Shown here in pieces: positions 37,256 to 49,151 of a DNA stretch of 64,000 bases. The stretch comes from Chromera velia (lineage: Eukaryota). The stretch spans positions 62,001 to 126,000 of the forward strand of contig JAHBMJ010000277.1 in the NCBI GenBank assembly GCA_018398765.1, in the 5' to 3' direction. The number at the start of each line of letters is the position of its first letter. Position 1 is the stretch's first letter. The notes beneath the pieces are model-generated. The model was not told the origin of the DNA. It saw only the letters and a program-made list of their open reading frames with translations, and did not search any database. Position numbers and translations under genes: made by a program.

Positions 37256-40200
37256 ATGAGGTTCTGGGCATGTGCACCTGCTGCTTTGTTGCTCCTTGAA
37301 CTGTACCACTCAGATGCCTTCTTTCAGTCAAGTACTCCTGATGGCCTGAGCAATGTCAGACAGAGACGGCGACCTCATCTTACCTCCCACTGGGCAACTC
37401 CTACAGACACAGAGAGAGACGCGAAGGAACGTAAGAATGGATCCGGACCTACGAGAAGCGCCAACGACAAAGATGCGGTCACGAATAGTCTTAAAGACGC
37501 TGAAGCTGCTGTAGAGGCTTCATTCAATGACACCAGGGTGCGTGCGTCGGAGGATTGGGTAATGCAGAGACGCCTTCCACTTATCCTTCCCGTCTCGTTC
37601 CTTTGACACACTCTGCCGCTTCCAGTTTGCACACCCCACCGATCTTCAGCTCGGAGTGTTTCCAAATTCACTCCGTTTGTCCCCTGCGAGACAGTCACCC
37701 ACCCACCGCCTCTGAAAGAGGGCAATGACTGGATGGATTTGTGTGTGCATGTCCTCCGTCCTTCAAATTTGCATCTCTGCCGACTCCTGCGCATGCATGC
37801 AATGCGAGAGAGAACCCATGTACCGACTGCATGATCACTTGGAAAGGCAGGGGAGGGGAGGGGAGGGGAGGGGAGGGGGACTTTCTTGCGATCCCCCGGG
37901 GATGTTCCCCCCCGACGCCGCATGACTTTCTTTCTTTGCCGCCTTTCTTGTCTCGCTGTCTCTGCCCTCCTCACCTTCTCACATCAAATTGAGTTTCTCC
38001 TTCGTTTGTCTGTTGTGTTTCCCTCCCTGCCCCCTCTCCTCTCTTTGTCGCAGCAATGGTTTCTCGAGAACAGAGAACCGTTCTTGGAGGCCTACAGTAA
38101 CTACTCGGCGTTCGCAAAGGATCTCTGGCGGCGGGTCAATGGAAGGGCCCCCGAGGACGCCACCGCTGCCGTCATGGAAGAAATAGAGGTGGGGGGAAGG
38201 AAAGCACTCCCGTGTGTGAATGCGGAAGGAAAACAGGCGGATCTGTCTGTACGTGTTTGTTCACCCACAGCAGTCATGAAACAAAAACATTGAGGGTGCC
38301 GGACAAGGAGTGAGTGGATTTTGATCCATACGTTCTGAAACAAAGGAGTGAGTGGATTTTGATCCATACGTTCTGAAACAAAGTACGGAGTGGAACGATG
38401 AACGAAGAGACAAGAAGAAGAGACGGCGAAAAGAATGGAACGATACACTAACGGATGGGGAAGATAGAAGTAGCCACGGAAGCGCAAGCTGACTGCTCAC
38501 TCGTCTCGCGATGACGATCCTTCTATCGAATGCTCTTTCTGATACAAGTCCCCCCCTCCCTCCCTCCCCCCCTGTGCCTGATCTTCCTTCTGCGTGAATG
38601 TGTGTGCGTGTACGTTCACGGGTTTGAGCGACTGGGTGTGTAACTGTATGCGGGCGTGTCCCTCAGTGTGTGTGCGTCCGTGTGTGTCCCAGAACGACAA
38701 CATAGCCATGGACTGTTAGTGCATGTGCATGTGTATGTGTATGTGTCCACGGCTTATGACTGTTTGTGTCCCCCCCTGCAGAACGACGAGACGGCCACAA
38801 GCATCCGGGAGGAGATCAGGAAGACCGCAGAACGCTGTGCAGTGATCGAAGAAGAGATGAAGGGGCTCTCGGGTCAGTCAGTCAGTCAGTCAGTCAGCCA
38901 AGCAGGCAGCAGGCAGACAGTGGATGTAGGGGTGGGTCATTATACACTCCAAGGTCGGTGAAACAGACAGACAGACAGATAAAGAGACAGATAGACAGAT
39001 TGACGCGAACCAGTGTCAACAGCCACTCCCAAATCCAAGAGCCTCCCAACAAGAAACTCTTTTCGCCTCTTCCGCCCATACAGAACTTCTCTCCACCGAC
39101 CTCGTCCTTCTCTTGTCTTCTCTTCTGTCTGTGTGTCTGTGCAGGACAACTTCCAAGTGTGCAATTCTATTTCAAAACTTTGTTTGCAAAATCCAAGAAC
39201 GCGACTGGTCAGTGAGGGGGGGTCACTTTTTCTCTTTCTTGCTTCCTTCGATACCTGACAGTTGCATAAACGTACGACGGTGGGCCCTACACACACAAAC
39301 ATGCGCGCACACACACACGCACTCTCACACTCACACTCACCCCACCCCACCTCCACCTACAAATACGCTGACTGCGTGCTTCTTCGTGCATGGTTCCTTG
39401 AATGAATGAGTGCAGCCGTGGAGGATGATCAGGACGTCCGACGCGCGCTTGAGATCAAGAAGAGGGAGGTGAGCCGTTTTACTTTCTCTATCTGACTGAT
39501 GACCGACAGAGTGAATTTTGAGTTTTCAAATTTGTTCCTGCCTGACTATTTTCATTCCACTTCCCTCCTTTTGCAGAGCCGAATGCTGAGGCGTGAGCTG
39601 ATCATTCAGAAATGTGAACTGGATCTTTTCGTGTTGCACAGGTCTGTCGGTTCCCCCATTTTTGCGTTCCTGCCTGAGGTTGGTTCCTTTATTGCATGTG
39701 CCTTTCCACTCTGCTTCCTGGCGGCGCTTCGAAAGAAACTAATTGGGGGGGGCAGCTGAAGTCCGTGAAAGTGAATTAGGGCGGGGGGGACTTTTCTCTT
39801 AGCTGCCAGAATCTCGATTAACAAAACAAATGAAGTCTCACCCAATTCTCTCTCTCTCTCTCTCTCTCTCTCTACGTGTGTATGTGGGCGGGGTACCTTG
39901 CAGGTTTTTCGAGAGGTCAGGGCTTCAGATTCCGTGGGCAGTGGAACTCCGAGAGAGAGAGCAGGGGCGGCGGGCAGATGGGGAACGCAATTTCGTTCTC
40001 TCTGGGGGGGGAAGTGCAGTTCAGGCGAGTGAGAAGGGGAAGGGGCAAATGGGTACAGATTCCCCCGAGTCTTTAGGGACTGTCGCGGAGATGTTGTCGT
40101 TGCAGTTTTACGGCACAATGAGGGAAGGGGTCACAGGGAGTAACAGCCTAGCGTTGAGATCTTACGAAGGGGGGCCTCTGTCAAAGGGGGGTGTATCGCT

Positions 40201-42877
40201 GAGTGGAGAGGAGGCGATCGACTTTGCAGTGACAGAATTTATGAGACTGGACAAAAAGTTTTTGGAAGCGCTGGAAATTATCGTCAGGGTGGGTAGGTAG
40301 GGAGTGAAGCAAAGGCAAAAAAAGCTGCGTCTTCGATCGTTTTTTACTGTTTTTCCTCCCTGTTTGACCTTTACTTTTCAAGGCTCAAGTTTGATATCCT
40401 TCGCATACCTTCTCTCTCTCTCTCTCTCTCTCTCTCCCCCTCTCCCTCTCCCTCCTTTCTTTCTTTCTTTCTTTCTTTGCTTTCTTCCTTCCTTTCTTTC
40501 TTTCTTTCCTTCTTTTTTTCTTTCTTTCTTTCTCTCGCTCTCTCAGTCTCTCTCTCTCTTTCTGCCCGTCTGTCTGTCTTTCCTCCTGTTTGTCGGTCTT
40601 TCCCTTTCTGGCCACTTTTCAGAATTTTCCGGTTGGTCGCGTGATGCACTTCGATTCGTTTTGGTTGACTTTGCCCTCTTTGTGTGCATGTACATGTGCA
40701 TGTGTGTGTGTGTGTGTGTGTGTCCTTGCGGTGCAGTCTGGGGGTCGTCTAGGAATTCAGACGGAGGGTAACCTCGTGACCCTGAGGGTCGAGACCCGGG
40801 CTCTTAGACAGAGACTCGGTAGGTCGGTCCGTCGGTCGGTTTGTTCTCTCTCTCTTGATTCATTCATTCATTGCTTTTTGACTGACTCTCATTTCCTCAA
40901 TCAATCCGGTGAATCGATGAGGAGAAAGATGGGCTGGCTTGATTCTCCGTCAAAGTCTTCTTCTTCTTCTTCTTCTTCTTCTTCTTCTTTTTTTCTTCTT
41001 CTTCTTCTTCTCCTTCTTCTTCTTCTTCTTCTTTTTTCTTCTTTTTCTTCTTTTTCTTCTTTTTCTTCTTCTTCTTCTTCTTCTTCTTCTTCTTCTGCTT
41101 CTTCTGCTTCTTCTTCTTCTTCTTCTTCTTCTCTTCTCAGGTCTCTCTCGAGGAAAGAAGGCGGTGTCTGAGCAGGAAGGAGGAGAAGGAGCCTCAATCA
41201 GTTCCCCTCTCTCATGGCTGAAGAAAATCGACTTCGAGAAACCCAGGGCTAAGGTGAGCTCTTTCCTTGTTTGCTTGAATGTCTCTTCTAAGTTGAATGG
41301 TATGAGTCCCTTTCGGTGAATGCTAATATTGCGCCAAGAATATTCTTGCCTGCATTCGTTTTGTTGTTTGGGTCCATTCGATGTCCTTTGAGTGACTACT
41401 TTCAGTGGAAGAATCATATTCTTGGTTGTCTTCCAGTCCATCCGTTTGCGTGAATGCTCACGGTGTGTTGCGTCACTTGATTGACCTACTGTACGTCCTT
41501 CCTTTTTCTTTGACTTCACTGTAGTAGGCTTCTGCATTTATTTTCATACAGAATTTATTTATTTTCATACAAAAAAATTCTGTATGGAAACAAATTTGTG
41601 CATTTCTGCAGGTGGCGGCTTTCTTTGACTTCACCGTAGTAGGCTTCCAGCTGATCGCCTCAGACGCAAAGTACATCTGGGGATTGCTCCAGAAAGCCGT
41701 CTTCGAAGGGTCGGTGGGTGGGTGGGTGGGTGCGTTGGATTATTTGCCGTCCCTCCTCCCTTCTCTATGTTCATGTGGATGCGGATGTGGATTTTGTGTG
41801 GTGCACTCCCGAATCGGGAAATTATAATTAATGCCTAGTTCCTAAGTCTACGAGTCTGCTGGTTCGCATCGCTGGCTGAGTGGTCTTCATGGCGGTGCAT
41901 GTACGTCTGTGGTTGCACGCACGTGTCCATCCCTCCCTGATGAGCCAACCAGAGTGGGTGGAGTGGAGGGGGAGCGGGGGGGGCGGTTTTGCATGGGGGC
42001 TGCTCTCTCTCTCTCTCTCTTTCTCGAGTGGATGGTGCGTGACTGTCCCTTTGTCCTGCTTGCTTTTCCTTGGCTTCGTCTGTCTGCCTGTGTGCCTGCC
42101 TGGCCCTGCGTGTGCTGTGATGGGGAGGGAGCCGGAAGACAAAAAAAAGCAAGCCAGAAAGAAGCAAAAACAGGAAGAAAGAAGGAAGGAAGGAAGGAAG
42201 GAAGGAAGGACGAGAAAAAACTAACAATGAAGAAGGAGTTCCGTTTGAAGATAATCTGAATGTGACAGACTCGCTTTATTCCCGAACGATACGAAAACCA
42301 ATTCTTTTCCTTCTTCACACAACTCTCTCTCCGACGCGCGGCCTCTCTCCCATGAATGCATGGGAGGTGCAGGGCATCCCCCCACCCCGTGTAGGAAGGA
42401 GTTAGTGTTCTCTCTCCCCAAGCTCTCTTTTCTCTCTGTGCAAAAACATGCGAATGAACCGTCATTCAGATTTGCCTTATATGTTCTGTCCGGCAGGCAC
42501 GAGTTTACCCCCGTAGAGGCCCTGTATGGATTCATTTTAAATGAATGAATCCATAAATTCTGTATAAAAATAAATCCATACAGGTACGAGTTTACCCCCG
42601 TGGAGGCCCAGGCGTTTCGGCGTCTGGTGAGTGACGTTCTCTGCGTCGTGCCCTTCGCGCTTGTTCTGCTGATCCCTCTGAGTCCCCCTGGCCACGTTTT
42701 GGCCTTCAACCTCATCCAGAGAGTCTTCCCGAACTTTTGGCCGTCTCCGTTCTCAGAGAGGAGGGTGGCCATGGCGAAACATTATATGCTATACGGGTAG
42801 GTAAGTTCGCGTGTATCTATCTGTATGCTTGTGTGTGTGCGTGTGCGTGTGCGTGTGCGTGTGCGTGTGTGTGTGTT

Positions 42878-42929
<52 letters not shown>

Positions 42930-43871
42930 TCCTCTCTCTGCATGCTCTCTCTGTGGGGAAGCTGAACAGAACAAGAGTTTCTTCGTAGAGGCCTTGCAAT
43001 AATGAGCCTGGGCTTTATGGGAGAGGTCAAGAAGGCATGTCTGTCTGTCACTCAAAAACTCCTTACGTCACTGTAGCCGGATCTCTGTGTCTCTATTGTG
43101 TCGAGAGGCACGAAGAAAGTTCTCCTCTTTTGCTTCAATTCTTCCTTGCATGCTTCTTCTCCTCAGACCTCCTGGTATAATTCTTCACTTCGTATTTTGT
43201 ACGAAAAGAAGAAGTCTCTTGGCAGCACATTTTACGACCTATCTCAATAAATGGACTGTCGTCACCGGTGGAGGGAGGCATCGACTATTTGGCTGCATGG
43301 CTTGTTCGATGTGCATGTCTTTTCCTTCCTTCCCTCCTTCCTTCCCTCCTTCCTTCCCTCCTTCCTTCCTTCCTTCCTTGTTTGGTGCGACTGCCTTTTC
43401 CTTCCTTCCTTCCTTGTTTGGTGCGACTGCAGAAAGGGGCTCCCACCTCCAGTAGTTGACTTGTCCGAAGGTCTTGCAACCTTGACAGAAATGAGACAGG
43501 GGCAGAAAGAAAAAGAAAGAACGGGGACAAGCACTTACCCTGTCTCCGACCGTCAGACGTCTCCGTCCGAAGGTGCATCATCCCAGACCTCCGTAGCGAC
43601 CCTATTGCTGGAGCCAGACGCAGACGAGTTGAGTCTCCTTCCCCCCGAGGATGCCCCGAGTTTGGGCGATTTACCGCAGCAGAAGGGGGGGGACAGCACA
43701 TCAAGTCTGCAGGCACCAAGATTCAAATTCAAGAAGAAAAACGTGCAGGCAAGAGGAACCGACTTGAAGGGAGAACAAAATCAAGAGGACGCTCCTAGAG
43801 ATAGTGCTAGTGCGTCGCCGTCTGCTTCTGCAACAGAGGGAGTGGACCAGCCAGAAAAGTCTCCACGATAA
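37256..43871 (+). CDS. Plastid-targeted LETM1-like protein, multi-exon
   Basis: Signal peptide MRFWACAPAALLLLELYHSDA-FF. C-terminal GFQLIASDAKY..LLQKAVFEG|YEFTPVEAQAFRRLVSDVLCVVPFALVLLIPLSPPGHVLAFNLIQRVFPNFWPSPF resembles plant/algal chloroplast LETM1-like proteins. Middle exons are approximate. Confidence 0.8.
40955..41135. repeat. (TCT)n intronic polypyrimidine microsatellite
   Basis: ttc/tct units ending just before an AG acceptor at 41139-41140. Confidence 0.9.
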
Positions 43872-44845
43872 CGAAAAAAGGCCATGTACAAAAAATCTTG
43901 AATTCACAAAATAGGTATGTCACCTACCGAATGTTCAGAAACCATGATATGCTGCGTGTAGGGGGGACTTTGAAAAGACGACTCGGATATATATAACGCA
44001 TGTCAGCATGATCAACCACATACAGCTCAGAAATTGTGTAGAGAGAGTGAAAGGGAAAAGGGCCGTCATAAGGAGGGTCCGGCGGTTATTTACTAGGTAA
44101 GTAAGCAGTCAACTAGAGATGTGCAGAAATGAAAGCGTTACGCTTATTGAGTATAAGCCTAGGTACAAGCAGACTGTTTTTTCTGAAATTTTTCATGAAG
44201 TGGGCTAGGCGCCGTATATTTAAAAAAAAAAAATATAGAGTATAAAATTTTATTTTCCTAAAAGCTGTAAAAAGTTTGATACATCAGTAAGGACTTAGCT
44301 ACACTCACACTAACTTAAGTGATAAGTGATCAGTGGTGCCCTAGAGCAATGTCGCCGTTTTGTTTTATAGAGTATTATAGAGGTTACCCCCGTAAATAGC
44401 AGGGGGGTGTACCTCATCGCTGAGGCTCAGACCACACCCCATGGCCCGCCTGGTTTCCCAGGCCGCTAACAAACAACAATCTGTCTGCGCTTTGCATGCT
44501 TTGGTCTATGGGTTGTTCAGAAGGGACTGCTCAAAAAATTGATCCAATGACAGAGGATGAAAGCACGCCTTCTCTCCATTCTTCTCTCAGTGATTTCTCC
44601 TTCTCCCTCCCTTAGCTGTCTTCCTGCTTCTATTGCTTCCAGAATGGTCTTATATTCTTCTTAATCGGTCTTGTGTAACTTTTTCAGTCTGTTGATTGAT
44701 GCTCGATAACTTTTTTTGTTGAATTTGATCTATAGGCCACCATGGGGCCTGACTTTACCTCATTTGTTCATTGATGATGTCGCTGATAGTCGCTGGGAGT
44801 GATTAAGGTTGATCAGAGGGCGGTGAATCGTAGTAACCTTGACAT

Positions 44846-47771
44846 CGCTAGGTGGTGGGCAGGTGCGTATCAGTGGCTAGCGTAACATACTCGACTCATA
44901 CATACAGGATTTGTTATGCCAGGTTCTTACTTCTGGATACTTCCTTACAGACTTTCATATCAAGGTTTGACTCACTGCCGACTGCATGCGCATGCGTATG
45001 ACTTAATTGCATGGACGCGAATGCGTTTGAACTGCGCACATCTCGATATGGCCTAACATGCTGCGTTGTATACCGTTGGGCGGCTGCAAGCCTCACAACA
45101 TTACGTGCCACGTCCCCCCTGCAGCCACGTCCTCGCTGGCTTATGTAGAAAACGCAAGTGAATCTTTTCATGCAACTCTTTTGGGCAATGGAGTGGTGAT
45201 CATTGATTAGATCATCGCTTTCCCTCACCTGCGGCGTCACAAAAATCAAAGGTCACTTTTCTTTTCTTTTCTTTCATCTCTGTCATTTCTGTTTTTAGAA
45301 TTCCCTTTACCATCTTTTCTGTAGCTTTTCTTCTCTTTCGCATTGTCAACTCATAGTCCACTCCAGTTAAACCATCACAACTACCAACCACCATTCGTAC
45401 CGACTTTACCGTATACCCAGTGTACATGCCCCCTCCCCCTTTAAAGCCGCGTCCATGCTCGGTCAGAGAGAGTATGACATGCACGAGGACAACAACAGAG
45501 AAAAAAAAAATCAGACACAAGAGGGCAAAAAACAAACATCGGTTTAAAATCGCTCCTTCGTTCACGGAGTCCACTGGATGCCATAGTACTGCATCTCCCA
45601 ATCGGTTGGCCCTATAATCATCCCCGGCTCTTTCCCATCTGTTTGATCCAAGTCTCCGTTAGCTTGGTGCTGCTGCTTTGATGGAGGTTGTGGACTGATA
45701 GAAGACTGCGCTGAAGTGCGGGCAGTCCGCACGCTCCTCATTTGCCGCACTGCAGGTCTCACTTCCAGCACACACGGTATCACACTCCCTCCATTTCTAT
45801 ACATCTCCCTGTAAAATGTCTCTCCTGTCTGTCCACACCCACGACGTACCAAAAATGCATCCCAGTCTGCCGTGCCGATTCCCTGAACATTTGGGATCAA
45901 GTCTTCCCTTCCCAACCAAAAACGAAAAAACGCATCCTCCCAATACTCATGCTGGAGTGGATCGTATGGTGGGACAGTCACTGGCGTCTTTGGCTTTTCA
46001 TGAGCTGCCTGCTTCTTCTCTTTTTCCCTGTCCTTCGCCTCCCTTCTCTCTTGCTGATGCCTGGCCTGACAAAACAGTATCAAACCATCAGACGAGACTG
46101 CAGGTTCCTCCACTCCCTCACTGATTGGAGGCAGAGGAGACCAAGGGTTGTCCGTCTCCTTCTTTTGCCTCACAGCCAGCATCTCCTTTTCATGCTTTTC
46201 TTGCCTCTTTCTCTCTTTCTTCTCTTGACGCTTCTGTTTCTGTCTTTCTGCTTTCCTCGGATTCCCACCGTCAAAGTTATTTCCCTGCCTGCCTGTCTCC
46301 AAACGATTGAGCTGCGGAGATGGGCTGTGCGATCTCTGACAGTGGATTTACTCTCTCAATTCCTAACTTCCAACTCCATATAATCATGATTCAAACAAGT
46401 CCTTTCCCATACCTCCTTCTTCCTTCCCACACCTTTCAATCCGGCACAGCTCCATTGGAGTGGGCTCATTCATTTGACCATCCCCTCCGGCAGGAGCCAT
46501 CCCAGGGGAGCTCTGACCGAAATCAAAAGTCGTCTGAGGCGTTGTAAAGATCAGGCCCCCATCAGTATTGACAAACCCACTCTCTTCTTGCATTTTACAC
46601 GTCTCTCCGCCTTCTTTTCGGGACGACTGACCAACATGGTCATTATCATCGTGCGCGGACACCCCGCCACGCCAGTCATTTCCCCCACGGGACAATTCAC
46701 CTCTGTCTGCCCCCTGAAAAGGCACAGCAAGGCAAGTCAGATTCGTTCTAAACCCTCTCTCTCCAGAAAAAGATCCTCTGTTCTATGTAGCCCCTTCTCT
46801 CACAAGATATTTGGACTGTGGATTACCTGGTTGGATGATGTTGTTGTCATTGGATACACCTACGGCTGCCCTAGAGATGTCCGTACAGTAATTTTTCTTT
46901 CTCTTTCTCCTTCTTCCCCTCACTCTCTTCTCATCATCCTGAGGGCAAAGGGACCTGAAGACGTCAGATGATTGCTGAGTCTTTGCTTACTCTGCCTCTT
47001 CCCTCCTCCATACAGCTTCCGTCATCCTTCGGCTTCTGCAGGTTTTCTTGCCTTCTATATCGGATCGGTATTTTCTTTTCTGCACAACGGCTAAGCCTTC
47101 TGCCTGAAGCTTCTCTTCTCCTGATGAAGTGGCAGACACACCACTTGGTCTCAGAAGTTTCTGCGCAATCTTGTATCCCTCCAGCAAGAAGCCTTCACCG
47201 CTCTTCTGCACTTCGCAAGAAGGAACGTCTTTGAATTTCTCTAATTTTTTAACGATAGAAAGAAAATTTCTAAAGCATTCCCAAATTGACATCTCTTTAG
47301 AAGCGGTCTAAACGTGTCAATGACTCTTTCTGCAAAGTAAAATGATTGACTGCTGTACGTCTCTATCCGAGTTAAAGGGTTTCGTGCGTAGTCAGGCAAG
47401 CTATGGGTAGCTACAGATAATGGACCTCGCACTGCAAATTCACGACCAAGAGACGGTCTGCGAATACCCCCGAGGCGATCGTGCTACTCCGCTACCATGC
47501 TAGGTGGTGGGCAGGTGCGTATTAGTGGTTAGCGTAATATACTTGACTCGTACATACAGGATCTATCATGCCAGGTTCTTACTTCTAGATACTTCCTTAC
47601 AGACTTTCATACCAAGATTTGACTCACTGCCGACTGCATGCACATGCGTGTGACTTAATTACATGGACATGAATGCGCTTGAATTGCGCACATCTCGTAA
47701 CATCTCGATATGGCCTAACATGCTGCGTTACATACCGTTGGGTGGCTGCAAGCCTCATAACGTTACGGACA
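44846..47771 (-). mobile_element. Degenerate, non-autonomous Ty3/gypsy-type LTR retrotransposon (~2.9 kb)
   Basis: LTRs at 44846-45110 and 47498-47771 (TG...CA in the latter). PBS TGGTAGCGGAG (minus strand, 47497-47487) directly follows the 5' LTR; PPT AGGGGGGACG (45120-45111) precedes the 3' LTR. Gag-like EPTPMEL at ~46448-46467 within broken ORFs. No RT or integrase motifs recognised. Confidence 0.88.
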
Positions 47772-49151
47772 TATCACTTTCTATCACTTTCTTAGGCTAT
47801 GTCGGCTGAGCCACAAATTTTGATTATCACATTATATCTATCCTGCTAGATACCGTCACTGCACGTAACTTAGGGGAGGCGATAACTAAATAAATTCATG
47901 GTTTTGTGGCTTTGGGACATACAATTAAAAAGGAAATTGAACTGGAGTAACAGGAAGGAGAAAAAGAAAAAAGAATTTAAGAAGAATTAAAGTAAATTAA
48001 AGCTCATGAAAGGTCACTACTTACGTGACTATACGTGACTAGGCTACGTCGCCGCATGCACAAAAGAAAGACGACTGAATTTGGCCGTTATGCGAAGTCA
48101 GACTAGGTTAGACTAGGTACGACATAGTCATGCACATAGAAGCAGAGGTACGGTTTAAGGGCGCTTTTTTGGCGCGCGGGGCGCGCGGTTTTTTGCGGCC
48201 AAACCAGCGGCCCTGGCATGCCAGGCACTATATATATGCATGGGCGCGTATAGGGCCCCCCGGAGCGTGCATGTGCCCGCGATTTGGGCCCAGACTGCAT
48301 GACTCAATCGTCCATGGGATCTGTTGTGCAAGGGCAGCGTCTGACACAGCACACCGCTTCATCAAGTCTTTCTCCACCATCGTTCTCTCTCTACAGAAAC
48401 TGACCATTCGTTTCAGGAAGAGTTAGCCAGGAGAAGTGCTTGAGCAAGTGCATTTCGTGAGAAAAGCAGCGGAGATGTGTTATCTGGTGATCTTCCGGCT
48501 TCGTTGACTTTGTGCAACGCTCTATAGACTTGAATCTACTTGAGCGTTTACAGTTTCTGACCACCTAGTTCCTTGTTGGCTCGCCAATCCCGACGTTTTT
48601 CCTGTACTGAACAACATAGAGAGGCTTCTCCTGCTTCTTCTTGGTTTTGTGCGCATCTTCATCCCCCGAAAAAGATGCAGCCTTACAAACAACACTTGGG
48701 AAGTCTCCCGAAGAACAGACAGCCCGATCTAGAGCACCGCTTGGAAGAGCAAGAAACGGTCGGTTCGTTAGCCTTTCTCTTTTCTGTTCTTTCCTTTTCT
48801 GTGGTAGGCACCGAGGCAGGCAGGGTAAGCGGCACACACGCGCCAGCCGGCGAGAGCACCCGTAGATACCAGTAGAAAGAAGGGGACAGACTGTACGGAG
48901 CTGAACAAATTAACGTACAAGACAGCCTGTCAGGCAGGCAGTGTGCATTGCATTATCTGTTGTACGTGGACGGAATCAGCGTGAGAGATATAGATGGATC
49001 AGGGGGGAGCTCGAACTCAGATGGGATTGCTAATACAACATATAAACGCGTGCACGTACTGAAATTATGTAGATGGATAAAGCATTTTTGATAGGTAGAT
49101 AGTCACTTCATTTCGGTCCGTCTTTTTTCTATCCATGTGTTTCTTCGTGCA

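Noticed and set aside
38303..38385. Tandem ~38-bp duplication with tggatttt/gatccatac as a sixth filler instance
   Set aside because: Only partial motif similarity, mid-intron, and no filler between the copies. Similar partial hits at ~374 and ~58153 lack an evident duplication.
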